Shown piece by piece: positions 12,240-24,959 of a stretch of DNA of 64,000 bases. Position 1 is the stretch's first letter. Each line of letters begins with the position of its first letter. Below the pieces are notes generated by a model. It was not told the origin of the DNA and made no database searches. It was given only the letters and a program-made list of their open reading frames with translations. The translations under genes and the position numbers were made by a program. Location of the stretch: positions 1 to 64,000 of the forward strand of contig JAPEUI010000024.1 in assembly GCA_026025075.1 (NCBI GenBank), given 5' to 3'. The DNA is from Vezdaea acicularis (lineage: Eukaryota).

Positions 12240-14289
12240 TCACAACCCTGAATCAATCTGAGCCACGACGTGATCCCCCGTCCAAGCGGCCCAATCCCTA
12301 CACGTCTGCGCGTTGACCATCGGCACGCTCAAATTCGCAATATCATCCGTCCTTTCCATGAAGTTCGCAAAAAAGCCCTGGCTGACATGCCAAGCGATGT
12401 GGCAGTGGAAAGCCCAGACGCCCGGATTATCCGCTTCGTACTGCATGACTAGGTGGCCGGAGGCAGGGAGCATCTGGACGTCCCGGCGCGGCGGGTTCGC
12501 GGTGTTGGGGATGGAGCCGTCCCAGGGTCCGTTGCCAACGGAGAGGAGCTGCATGTGGTGCCCGTGGAAATGTATTGGGTGGGGGAAAGGGGTTGTGTTA
12601 TGAAGGTTGATGCGGATGGTGGCGTTATTGCCAAAGTTGAATACGTTCCATTGCTAGATAGGCAGCGGTCGTTAGCAAACGCAAAGGGGAGAGGGAAGAG
12701 GATCGGAGGTAGGAGGTTTACGGGGTCGTCGGGGTACGATGTGTTTCCTAATTTCGCCAGAAGCAAGACCGGGTTGTTGTAGTTGCCGCGAAACGTCTGG
12801 TTATTAAGTTTCCATTCCAATTGTCCGGTTGCGTTGAATGAATAGCTGACGGAGATACTCTGAACTGTGGTTGGGTTTGGGTTCACTGGTATCGGAAAGA
12901 AAGGAACGTTCTGAGTGTAATCGGTGCCTGCACAATCCGATGAACTGTCCTCCCAGGGCTGACTTGTTGGTACTGTGGTGTCATTTGCCTTAGAATACTG
13001 CCATCGGAGGTCAGTGGATGCATGAACGAGGGGCGCGGGAATCTCTCATACAAGGATCACAGCTTGTGCCGTAGCGGTATTATTATTCATAAGGGCGCAT
13101 ATGGCCTTGGTACGCATATAATAAGCATCCCCATCGTTCCCAGTCGCCGTGACCAAGATATCAGCTCGTTGTCCCGGCTGTACACTATTAGTCAAATGGT
13201 TGGCACGGCGCACATCACATGCTCACCGCCAAGTCGAGGATAGACGTGTCATATGGAACAATTGGAACGAAGTCTGCGGCAATGACCGTCAGATTATGGC
13301 CATCGATACTGAAATGTTCAAGCCATTGCGTGCCAACGTTCACGAGCCTGATCAGGTGAGTCTTGCCGGTGGTGAAGCGGAATTTGGAGAGCCCAGCGCT
13401 GTCGTTACCTACGCACGAGGTTAGTATTGAGCATCATTAGCTACTTTGTCACCACCTTCGCCAGCAACTTACATTGTGTCCCTGAGTTGGCTGCGATGAG
13501 CGAGCAATTAAAGTAGTTCTTCCCATTAATGAGGTTGTTATCCGACCCCGGAACGATTCCTTTAAGGTCAGTCCCCTCGACACCCTCAATAACCTTAAAA
13601 TATTCCGTATGTACGTGATCACCAATCATGACTGGACCAAGATCGATATCGTAAGGAACGTGCTGCGGGCCATGTATGATTATCGGCCCGAATAGTCCAG
13701 CAGCCCATTGAGCAGAGTAATGGCTGTGCCACCAGGATGTGCCGTATGAATCGGCCTGGAAGCGGTAGGTGAAAGAGCTGTTAGGAGCGATTGGACATTG
13801 AGATACTGATGGAACACCGTCCATCCACGGGGTTTTGAACATTCGCAGGCCGTGCCAGTGCATCGATACGCCCTCATCGGGGTCTGCTATTTGGTTATGA
13901 ACAATCACTTCGATCATATCTCCCCAATTGGCTTCAATTTGAGGACCAGGGAATGCGTCGTTGACAAGAATCATCTCCTTCATGACTCCATCTGGAGCAA
14001 GCTGTCCCCTTTTGACAACCCACTCGTAGGATCTTGTAACTCCCGTATCCGGTGGAGTTGTGCTGTTGGGCGCATAATTCGACCAAGGATACCCATTTGG
14101 AAGGGGATTATTTGTCAAAAACTGGCCCAGTGTCCCATAACCAAGCGTCCCAAATACTGAATTGCCGTTCGTTGCGTTCTGAGAAAGCATACTAAGCTGC
14201 GAGTTTGTCCCGTTGCTTACCATATCGATGATACCACCAGTAGCACTAGCAAAGTTGGTGGTGAGGGCATTAACCAGGCTCTGCGTCAT
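12240..14289 (-). CDS. Multicopper oxidase / ascomycete laccase, 5 exons
   Basis: All four Cu-binding motifs present after splicing: HWHG, WWHSH, HPIHFHGH, HCHIAWHVSQGF. C-terminus QIDSGL is typical of ascomycete laccases. First in-frame ATG at 14289. Confidence 0.95.
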
Positions 14290-15358
14290 AATGGCTATAG
14301 GCACCGCTTCATTGAAACCTCGGCCTTTTGTGCTGATTACAGCTCCTGTGCAAATTGCCTCGGCTCCGGCTTGAAGGTTGAGTAGAGAGTGAGCCAGAAG
14401 AGTAGATGACCTCGAAGCAGGAGAGGCAAGTCAAGGAGAATGAAGGCCGAGGGGAATTATGCTTAGAGTTACTCAAGTGAAGCCTGCGGGCGAACGTCTT
14501 GACGTGAGATGCTTTACAAAGCCTTAAGACTCCCTAGAAGAGGAAAAAGAGGGTTGTAATCATTTCTCCGAATGGAAGAACTGGTCCGTACACCCAGATA
14601 TTTCGACCCATCCTCTCACTTGCAAACGACTCCAAATCACTTCAAGTTTGAGAACGAGGGGAAGTATGCGGTAAGCATGGACCAAGCGCGTAATATGCTT
14701 AAACTGTGTTCCCGGGACAAATCGCGCTATGAGCTGTTTACAAGCTTCCAAAACCACGAGCGCGGTGTCTCGAATCGTTGCGGAAAAAGATTCAAGGTTG
14801 TCATTAGGCTTCACTTTCCGCAGCAATAACTGATGGCTGGAGCCATCTGCGAGCGGTGTGGAACTCGCCATAGGAAATGGATGTCCGCTCAAATGGTCAG
14901 GTTTTCGCGAAATTCCACCCCCTCTATTAGGGCTCTGCAACTGGGTGGCATTAGAGCCTTGAGATGTGGCAATGCGACTATTTTGCTCTTGAAAGAACAA
15001 GAAGTATTCGCCATCCTGAAGAAAGTACAGTGCTCTGTTAGTATTACTTGATATCGAGAAATATTAGTCGTACTTTGCGCGACACACGCCCATGTGCTGA
15101 AATTTATTTCGAAATCACCGGTGCGCGAATTGGCCGGACTACAATCTGTAAGCGCGCTTGAGTCAATAACCGCCGTTTCATTGGGGAAAAGAGTTATTAT
15201 ACAGTCAAGAGGCCAAAGAAACCATGAGCCGATCGCTACAATAGCGGCAATATTGTCTTATGCACCAAATGCCACGATAATAATCGGGCTGATACCGTTC
15301 TTGGACCAATCGAGACGTAAACTGTCTCCAGATATGAAAATAACTGGCAAGCCAGTAA

Positions 15359-17113
15359 TTATGGCATAGATTTCGCTAGCGTCCAGAAATTGTCGTACTT
15401 GGCCCTCTTCAGCGCATCTTTAGCCGCGGCGTCCGTCTCGCATACTTTGCTTCCCCATTTTCGAAATCCGCGCGCTTTGACTTCCCCTTCCCACACCATC
15501 TCACATTTATTCAGCTGCAAATCCTTCAAGTTCCCCTTCTCATCCTCTGCCATGAGCCAATTGGACAACGCCTCCTGATTGCCTTCCCTGACCTTGCTTG
15601 GTGAGTTCTCCGTCCAGTCGATCCGATGGAGCATAAGCTTCTTGAAAAAATTGATGCTGTGTTCGCCACCCTCAACGATGACCAAATTAAATTTTGGATG
15701 CAATATCACCATTCCACTTAGGGCATTCTGCTCCGCGTTCTTCGAAATTTTGAAGCGGTGGCGACCGTTTGCTAAACTATCGATTTTGTACACGGTGACA
15801 TGGAGCCCCTTAGAAGCGTCCTTCTCCTGGTTTTTGGAGAGCTTCTCATGCTTCTCTTCTTTTGTTAGTTTCCTTTCTTCGTTGGCTTCGAGATGCTTCT
15901 TCAGCCGATCTTCAATTTCTTTGTTAACACGCGCCTCAACTGCAGTGGGATCCTTCACAGCTTCCTCTCCCAATACTCGCATTAGGTTACTTCTTTTTAC
16001 CTTCGGTGGAGGCGCTGGCTCAAGACCCAGTCTTTGCTTGGCTTGTTGTTCTTTAAGGTCTGCCATACGTCGCTGTCGACGAAGCTTCTCCCGCTCTTTC
16101 GGTGTTAAGAACATTGGTTTTGGCGCTGGTACATTCTTGTCTTGCGGAGGCTCAATCAATATCGGATGCTGAACGTAGATGGTAACAATCGAGTCATCTG
16201 TGGTGATCTTGAGGTTTTTGGGATCGTTTATGCCACTGTAGTCCTTCCCATCCACTAATCCCTCATCCCACCATTCGATATCAGGGGGCGCTTGCACCAG
16301 ATACGCTTTTTCGGTCTCCAGGTCTTCGTCGATCCCAGCTCTTCGTGAGGATTCAGCTATCCGTTTTTTCATCTGCTCAAGAGCTGCTTGCCGACGAAGA
16401 GCATTTGCCTGCTGGATGTATTTGCCCTTCTGATTGAAGACTAATTGTCTTGAGCCCCGAGCTTTGAGCGTCGCAGTCTGAGCACCTAAGCTTGGGTCGA
16501 AATAAGGGCTACTCCTCGTCTCTTCTGCAGAGGGTCCTGAGAGGTCTAGCTGCTTTTTGTTCTTCCCTTGTTTCGCATTTGGTATCGGTGACTCCGTTCT
16601 TCGATTTGCCATTGTTGTTGCGAATTTAGGTTGCATGGCGCTTCTTCCCTTGGATAGCCTACCATCTTGACTAGTATCACCTAGGAGGGCAGGGTGTAGT
16701 CCAACATCCAGGCCCCCTCGAGCTCTCGCGGGGCCTTCGAGGGTATCTATAGGCGTGTATGTAGGAATGGGAGGCGAAGAGCGTTGGTGTGCAGCTGATG
16801 GGGCCTTCGTAGCTGCAGAAACCCTCGCTTTCAGCATCTCTAGTTTCGACATCCCAACTGAGGCTCCACTCATTGATGAACTACTGCTCGTGGGAATCTG
16901 TGTAGGGGCCCCTGAAGCAGCCTTTGCGCTATTGTAACGGGCAGCCAAAGCCGCAGCTTTTGCCCGAGCCTCTGCCATGATCTTGCTAACATCTTTCCCT
17001 CCTGACCCGTTCGTCGTTGGAGCAGGGGAGCCGTTCGTAGATCGGGGTCTTTTCGATGGGATAGAATCTTCGTCATTTCCCGAATGGGAACGTTTCAAAG
17101 AGTTGTCTGCCAT
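15359..17113 (-). CDS. PRP3: U4/U6 snRNP protein Prp3
   Basis: Intronless ORF with PPDIEWWD, YVQHPILIEPP, LGLEPAPPPKVKRSNLMRVLGEEAVKDPTAVEARV and C-terminal VIVEGG...KKLMLHRIDW. ATG at 17113. Confidence 0.95.
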   Translation of the reverse strand: MADNSLKRSHSGNDEDSIPSKRPRSTNGSPAPTTNGSGGKDVSKIMAEARAKAAALAARYNSAKAASGAPTQIPTSSSSSMSGASVGMSKLEMLKARVSAATKAPSAAHQRSSPPIPTYTPIDTLEGPARARGGLDVGLHPALLGDTSQDGRLSKGRSAMQPKFATTMANRRTESPIPNAKQGKNKKQLDLSGPSAEETRSSPYFDPSLGAQTATLKARGSRQLVFNQKGKYIQQANALRRQAALEQMKKRIAESSRRAGIDEDLETEKAYLVQAPPDIEWWDEGLVDGKDYSGINDPKNLKITTDDSIVTIYVQHPILIEPPQDKNVPAPKPMFLTPKEREKLRRQRRMADLKEQQAKQRLGLEPAPPPKVKRSNLMRVLGEEAVKDPTAVEARVNKEIEDRLKKHLEANEERKLTKEEKHEKLSKNQEKDASKGLHVTVYKIDSLANGRHRFKISKNAEQNALSGMVILHPKFNLVIVEGGEHSINFFKKLMLHRIDWTENSPSKVREGNQEALSNWLMAEDEKGNLKDLQLNKCEMVWEGEVKARGFRKWGSKVCETDAAAKDALKRAKYDNFWTLAKSMP

Positions 17114-17460
17114 GACACAGACCTTCGTCCCGACCAAGAGGGCTGCTGGACCTGTCGCGTCTCCACTACGTGGGTGGGTAGAGCTTGGTTTCGTCTGAAA
17201 TTGTCGGTTGAATCGATGGCTTAGCTATGATCACAGGCGAGCTCTGGGCCTTTGCGTAAAGCAGCGACGCGAAGTCTGCGAGACCAAGACTTTGGGACTC
17301 GTGTTTAGATGATTACAATGCTGATTAAGTTACCTATTTAAGCTTGAAAGACGTATCGATGTTTCTCGAATTTTTCCGTCTGTTCAAACTCAATAAAGAA
17401 GGCTGATCCAACATCTATTCCAAGTAAACGTTCCATCGTCATTGCCAGCCCAAAGACACA

Positions 17461-17468
17461 AGAGTCAT
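17461..17468 (-). promoter_or_regulatory. Possible Gcn4/CpcA-type element (ATGACTCT) upstream of HIS5
   Basis: TGACTC core about 190 bp upstream of the HIS5 ATG, with a second TGACTC in HIS5 intron 1 (17755-17760). The motif is short and could be chance. Confidence 0.3.
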
Positions 17469-17652
17469 ACCATCTAGCCTGTCTTTGAGCTTCTTTACGA
17501 CAGTTCATTTTTGGATGGACGTCTAGATTCATGCAAAACAGGTCAAAATAGAATTGATTCGATTCTTGATCTACTCCATTTTTCAATTTTATTATCGGAC
17601 CTAGGAGCAACTTCTAACCCTTGTATCACTTTCTCAGATGTCAAGTAGTGCG

Positions 17653-19078
17653 ATGGCCCCTTTCAAGTCAGCATTTGATCTGCAGCTTTGTGCAAGACCG
17701 AACATCCTTTCACTACAGCCGTATAAATGCGCTAGAGAGTAAGATGGCTGACTTTGACTCTGTCTGACGGTCAAAGATTTTCTCAGCTGATTCATTAGTG
17801 ACTACAAAGATGATGGAACGAATGTCTTGCTAGATGCAAATGAGAACGCTTATGGTCCAGGGCTTATGCTCGGCGAGATTGGGCGCTTATCACATGGTTC
17901 AGATTCTGAGCCAACTGGGCTGAAGTTCGATTTACTCGGACTCCACCGGTATCCAGATCCGTATGATTGTCCCCCTTTGGATCCATCAACAACATGCGGA
18001 CAGACTGACAAGCTAGGATAGCCACCAATCTGAGCTCAAGGAACTTTTATGTAAGCTTCGTAATACAAGCGTACATACATCTCGGAAGATTGGGCCTCCA
18101 AACCTTTTCGTAGGTGTGGGTTCCGACGAAGCTATCGATGCTCTTTTAAGGTGTTTCTGCAGACCAGGCGTTGACAAAATCCTGACATGTCCTCCCACAT
18201 ACGGCATGTACAAGGTTTCAGCACAAGTCAATGATATTGGGGTGGTCGAAGTGCCCCTAGACGCGTCAAACTCCTTTGCGCTACGTCCTGACGCTGTCAA
18301 CGCAGCATTGACAAACGACCCGAGCATCAAGATCGTCTACATATGCTCGCCCGGCAACCCTACGGCTAACTTAATTGATAAGAATAGCTTACAAAAGATT
18401 CTAGAACATCCTACATGGAATGGTGTCATCGTGCTTGATGAGGCATATATTGATTTCGCACCAGAGGGAGCGTCCCTAGCAGAATGGGTTGCTGAATGGC
18501 CAAATCTTGTTGTCATGCAAACTCTAAGTAAAGCATTTGGGTTGGCTGGTATAAGGCTAGGCGCAGCATTCACAAGCCCTCCAATTGCAATGCTACTCAA
18601 TAATCTAAAGGCTCCTTACAACATTTCAAGTCCCACGAGCGCTATAGCCATTGCAGCACTTCAAGCTGAAAACCTCAAGATCATGAAGCGAAATCGGCAG
18701 AGTATATTGACGCAGAAACAGAGGCTAATAGAGGAGCTACCCAAAGTACCTGGAGTCGGCCGTTTCCTTGGTGGAACGGACTCGAATTTTCTCCTTGTCG
18801 AAATTTTAGATGCTCCTGATGGTGAACCAAGTAACAAAGCGGCACTGCTAGTCTACGAGACACTGGCAGAACAGAAAGGCGTTGTGGTACGCTTCAGAGG
18901 AAAGGAGACTGGCTGCTCAGGATGTTTAAGAATAACTGTGGGAACGAAAGAGGAGGTTGACAAATTCCTAGAACAGCTCCGGTCGGTTCTAGCAGGCATA
19001 TATCAAGGGTCTATTGATCAAAGCGTAGTTGCCGCAGCGAAAAGCAAAGAAAGCAGCAATGCCCAAGACGTGTCCTAA
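17653..19078 (+). CDS. HIS5: Histidinol-phosphate aminotransferase, 3 exons
   Basis: MAPFKSAFDLQLCARPNILSLQPYKCAR|D...LLDANENAYG...RYPDP|...VGSDEAID...CSPGNPT...VLDEAYIDF...TLSKAFGLAGIRLG (PLP lysine motif). Confidence 0.96.
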
Positions 19079-19298
19079 TAAAGCGTTAATACCTACCTAC
19101 CTTTGGGGCCTCTACAGAAAAAAAAAAGGGAAATAGAAGATCTTCGATTTTTGCTTTTATTATTCGGCGCTTTAGGTCTTTACGTGCTCCTGGTCATATG
19201 CTTCATTATTCTACAAGTGAGCCCAAACAAAAATACACCAATTCGCCCTCGCTATGCAATAAATCATGATGAGTGTTCCAGACCTGGCATGTTCGACA

Positions 19299-22200
19299 TT
19301 AAGTTGCAATTGGTAGCAAGACATCAAAACAACCCGTTCCCACCCGCCCAATTTTGCCCATAACAATTCTACTGCTCGGATTCTTCAAGTCATCGTAATC
19401 TCGATCTAGTACCGCATCTTTCATAAAGCTAACGGTCGTCTCAAAGCTCATCTTCATAAACGGGCTGACGCTAGCACGAAGACCCTGGCGATTGAAGGGC
19501 ACAAAGCCACCTCCTCTAGTCATGACATCTGCAATCAGATTCAAATGTCGGTTGTTAACCGTGATGGAATGACCCTGAAAGACGGCATCGATCTCACGCA
19601 CTATAGTTGCACGGCAAGCCTCGACCCCGAATTGGTGTAGTACGGCTGCGATATCATTGCTGAAGATCTTGTTTGGGTCAATGTATTCCTGGTATGCGTA
19701 CATGGCTCCAAAATTAACACCGGAGGTAATGACCACTGGAGCTTCAATTTCTTTGCCAGTCGTTGGATCTTGCACTCTCTCAGTAGAGACTGTGCAATCG
19801 TCTAGTCGTTGGACCTGCTGAATTATCGAAGCTCGCAATGCAGCCTCCACAAGGGGTAGCAAAATAATTTTCGACGTTCCCGAAGCGTACTCAAGGTCAA
19901 GTTCACACCACTGACCAGCTCTTTCGTCAAAACTAAATCGTGTCACGTCTGAACACTTGGCCATAACTCGTTGCTCGCGACTTTTAGCCTGTTGAGCGGC
20001 ATTGGCATGCCCGTTAGGTGTCGACTCATCACCTTCGTTATCCGATAAAGCATTTGGGCTGCTACCGATCCCCTCGTCCTCAAAATCTGTCTCAGGAGAC
20101 GATTCTCTTCTTAGACTAGCGGCTATTTTCTCCTCTTCATTGTCTGGTGCGTCGTACGAAATATTTTCAGCCCGATTTCCCCTTTGCTTTGTGTTGGTTG
20201 CATCTCCATCATCATCATCGTCATCGCCCCCATCTCTCTCAGCCTCTGGACGAGCAGAGGCCTCTTCAACGATCCCGGAAGATTCTCCAACGTCAGGAAT
20301 AGCATCAATCTTCACTTTGGACTTCAGTGACTTCTGGTCTCCCTTATTTTTCAACTCCCTTTGTACGCTTGATTGCAACCTGCGTACGAAGTTTTCTTCA
20401 AGCTTTGCGGCGACATCGGATATTTGGATCGCATACTCTTCACGATACTCCTTCGCAGGGAAAAAGTTAATGCGAATCGTATAGATTTTGGCAATGTCGT
20501 ATGAAATGCCTTTCTCCACCTTTTCACATACTGTAACATGGTCTACAAGCTGTGCTAGTGAGAGCTTGCTGATTGCCTTAGCAAATGTTTCGCCCGCTTT
20601 CTGAGATAGTTGAGGCAGCAAATGTAAGGTCATAGTCGGAGTAGATATGTTAGCGCTTGCTGTCATTACAATCTCTCGTAGGCGAGGTATACCAAGCGTG
20701 ACATTCTTAGCAGAGTGTCCGGCTAAATGAAACGTATTTAGAGTCATTTGTGTAGATGGCTCGCCCACAGACTGGCCCGCGATAATTCCAACGGCCTCAC
20801 CGGGATCAACAAGAGACATTTGATATCTCGCGCAAAGGAGTTTATAGAAAAAGTCCCTTCTAATCTCTGACTTAATCCCCTTTTTTTTGTTCCTTATGAG
20901 TTTATCAGGATTTAGATCGGTGTATTTAGTGACAGCTTCTGCGAAGGACTCAGAGGTAGACATGAGATATCGGCCGGGGTTATAGTGAGCTAACACTGGA
21001 TCCATCGCGTCAACCCTCCCTTTCTTCTTTTTCACCTTTATGACCTTGGCATTCCACTCCTTCAACTCATCGAGTTGCAATTCCCCTAGCTTTTCTGGGC
21101 TTTTGATTTGGTATATCATAGTTCGCAAGTTCTGCGCAAAGAATTTGAAGTCAGTAAGGCGCTTTTGCTTGGCCACGTCGAGTCCATCCTCTCCGTATAT
21201 GAACTGAACGACTGTGCCGTCGGTGTCGCGCACAGAGTAATCATATCCAACTGTCAATCCTTCCATGCCCTTGATCAAGCACCGTTGAAGATACCCAGAA
21301 CGTGAGGTCTTGACAGCAGTGTCAATGAGGCCTTCGCGTCCAGCCATGGCGTGAAAGAAATACTCTTGCGGCCGTATACCAGTCAAGAATCTGTCAGTAA
21401 TGTAGCCACCGGATCTGACTTTAATGTCGAAAGGTTTGAAGCACGGAAGAGTCTTTCCGCTAATCATAACAGGAACCCTCCTTGCTTCTAAAACTTGTTG
21501 GCCCAAGTTGCAGGAGATGAGATTCGCGTTGACAATAGATCCCTTAGCCCCCGACATTGTCATGGCCTGCATCTGGTTTCTCGGGAAGGGCTTCTCTAAT
21601 CCTAGTGGCAAACAACTCTTTGTCACCTCAGAAGATAATACTTGAGTCCGAGAATTCATGACAGTATCCAATCCTGCTTGCTTTTCATCATCTCGCAAGA
21701 CATCTTCAAGCCGAGTCAGAAGGTCCGGTTCGTCGCTTGAAGGGATTTTGTCCTCCATACTCACGTATCTTGCGGCAACTTCGAGACCTAGGCCATCTGC
21801 AAGCTTGAGTACATGCCGCCGTGTTTTGTTCCCAGTATCTGTCAACCGCAAGTCATCCATGCCGCAACTGAATGCACGCATATGTAAGAACTTAGTGAGA
21901 AGACGGCCGAGAATGCCTAAAAGACTTCCAGCCGTAGCACGACCATAAGCTTCGTATACAGAATGGACCAAGCCGCCAGCGCTTGGTCCAATCTGCGCCT
22001 TATCGATTATACCGTAGAGCAGATGACCATCCTTGAATAGTACGGTGGCTTCTTCAGGATTACTGCCCCAAAGGTCAGACGCTGTTGAAGACATCGAAGT
22101 GAAGGTGAGGCCTGTGTAGTGATCCGGCGTAATATTCTTCATAACCGTCGTAATGACTTGTTTCCCACTCCACATTGGTTTAGGCTTTAAGATTGCCGGG

Positions 22201-24589
22201 CACACCAGCTGTATCCTTTCTGACCTAGTATGCCCATCCTCTGGCCTTAGGCAACTATACAGTAGTTGTTGATATGAAGCTTTATCGAGAAATGTATCTC
22301 GATTTGTCAACCAGACGCCCATGGAGATATGGTCCTGAATGAGCCCCCTGAGTGGTTTTCCAGCTGTTGCTGCCAGATACTGGTTATCTGTATTTGCGAT
22401 TTGAAAGGCTTCTGCTCTTCCAATCTCATTTTGTGGAAAATGCATGTTCATCTCATCGCCGTCAAAATCTGCATTGTATGTATTGCAATTTGCGTAATGC
22501 ATCCGAATAGTTTTCTCTCCGCGCAGTACTTTCGCTCGGTGTGCCATAATCGACGGTTTATGCAAGGTGGGTTGTCGGTTCATGAGCACCACATCGCCAT
22601 TGTTGAGATGGCGATGGACTTTCTTATTTCGAGCGCCTGCTACGCTTGTTGTACTAGACGATGCCAGCAGCAGGTTGGCTAGAGCCTCTCTTTCTTCAAT
22701 CGTCTTAGTCCTTAGGCTGATAACTTGTCCATTCTCGTTCTCAATAGCGGCAGCGCCGGGCCATTTATTGACACCGTTGATGACAGCCTGTTTGAGTTCC
22801 TGAAAGTTGTGAGTTGTGACAGGCTCAGGATAGGTCAATTTCTTGGCAAAAACAGGTGGAACCCCGATCTCATTTGTTTCAATATTGGGGTCTGGAGATA
22901 TGACACTTCTGGCCGCGAAATTGACTCTTTTGCCCATCATGTGCTTCCTGAAGAGTCCCTCCTTCTTCTCCAGTTTCTGCTTGATGCCATCCTGGTTGCT
23001 TTTACCTGCGGCGCCTTGTATAGGATTACGATCTCGATCAATGAGAGAATTCACCGAATCCTGTAACCTTACCCAAGCTTCCTCTAAGTCATGTAGCTCA
23101 GGCTTCCTAGCTCGGGCGCTCAAAGTTTCGTGCTGCTGGAGTTGGCCCGTGATTCCCTTGGTAATCGAATTGATTAGATCACACTGACTTAATATTTGTT
23201 TGTACAGAGTATTTTGCGCTCCTTCAGTGATTTCGCCCTCCCCGGTTTTCTGTTCTGGCCTATATTTATTGGGTGGGACAAGAAGATGCCGAATAAAAAA
23301 CATATCGGCATTGACTAAACTTAACTTTCGAGATCGAGCTCCTGAGTTATACACAAGATTTAGAATCTCGCTTTCTTTCTGAAAAAGCAACACTAGAGCT
23401 GCGTGGACTTCACCCGCGTTAAGATATTTGTCTGTTTGTTTCTCTGTCTTCTGGCTTGATTTTTTGCTTTCTTTGGCGGTATTGAATGTTATGGATTTTT
23501 CAACATTTTCACTTTCCGAAGCGTCGCTATTTTCTTCCTCTGACCCTTGCTCATCTCTGAGTCGCGCTTCAGTATCTGAAATATTTTCAATCATATCTGC
23601 TATGCCTTCATCTTCTAGACCCACTCCTTTTGCTACATTTCGACGCGTTGCCTCAAGAATGACTTTGGGATTAATAGCTTTAAGATTGCGTCCAGCCATA
23701 GTTTTTCGGTCTCTATTCGTTAGAGGTTTCTCAAAAATTTTGATATATTTGTCCTTCCTGTAGTTGGGAGATATGCTATAATGGACAGTAAGGTTTGGGT
23801 CTCACTAGAAACTAGATTATGCAATACATACCCTTTGCAATTTGGGCAAGTCCTGACATGAGGAATACCTGAGAAGAACTCTTTGAGAACAGCTCTACGT
23901 TCCTCCGCGACGGCTTCTATTTTCTGGCTGTTCCAGCCGGTAGCGTTCGGATTATGTCGGTCTCTGAGCATGCATGAATTAACAAAATTTGCTCGTCTTT
24001 TGATTATATTTTCTATCTGATCCTCGTCACCGGAGATGTCGGCATTTTGTCCGTCCAATGCACCTGCATCTTCTTTTTTCTGCTCCCCGTTCTTTGAAGA
24101 GTATTCTGTAATACGATCGAGTTCCTTGGCCTCAATTAAAAGCCCCCTCGTTATGAGTCGAAGCTTGCAACAATAACGATTGACCTCAGGCCGTGACATC
24201 TTCAGCATGTGACAATATCGACATTTGGACCGAAGTAGGCGTAGAGCTTGTTCCATGAACGTAACATGGTAAACTTCGACGGGTAGCTCGATATGACCAA
24301 CATGCCCCGGACATGCTTGAACATTGAGCTTGCAGGTCGCACATCTTTATTTCAGTCAGGACTTTATGCACCTAGATTTAAAAAAAGTTGGAAGGGGTGA
24401 TACACACCTGTGGTCCCCCCAAGCTCCAAGCGCAGTGTCATATAGGCCTCCAGGAACAGGGTGCAGCAATGAATCAAAAGTTGTTGAGTTTTGTACCCTT
24501 TTCACTGACAGCGACTTGATCTCTGCAGAAGAGAGGAACCCAAAATCAACCTTTTCGATGGCAGAAGCCACTGGTTGTGAGATATTCAT
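19299..24589 (-). CDS. RPA190: RNA polymerase I largest subunit, 3 exons
   Basis: MNISQPVASAIEKVDF...GLYDTALG; catalytic YNADFDGDEMN; KKEGLFRKHMMGKRVN; TQMTLNTFHLAGHSAKNVTLGIPRLREI. Pol I-type N-terminus, no CTD heptads. Confidence 0.97.
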
Positions 24590-24685
24590 TTTACCATGCA
24601 AATGCACGAGTGTGGGCGCAAATTTTGGAGAATGCCCGATTTTCAGGTTGCATTGCCATATTTTGAACCGCTTCCTGCTTATTCT

Positions 24686-24698
24686 TGAAAAAAAATTT
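24686..24698. promoter_or_regulatory. RRPE-like element (TGAAAAAAAATTT) upstream of RPA190
   Basis: Resembles the ribosome-biogenesis RRPE motif and lies about 100 bp upstream of a Pol I subunit gene. Imperfect match. Confidence 0.3.
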
Positions 24699-24959
24699 GG
24701 TGGTATTGACCTCGGCTCGATTTCTTGAAACGCTAGGCAGATTTGGTGAACCGAAACAGATCATCCAAGACAAGCTTTATCCTCTTTAAAGCTTTTGGTA
24801 CTACAGTAGCTTTTCTAGGATAAGCTAATTTCTCTCGGGTACCGGACTTCTAGCACTTTTGGGAAGCATTGCCGTCCTTGTCACCACTGATGCAAAGCTG
24901 AGGTTACCTCAGAGCACGATAGTGTGCTCAACATACATCTACATGTGGAATTAGGCATC

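Noticed and set aside
14560..15369. ORFs between the laccase and PRP3
   Set aside because: No recognisable motifs, and trial splicing gave early stops.
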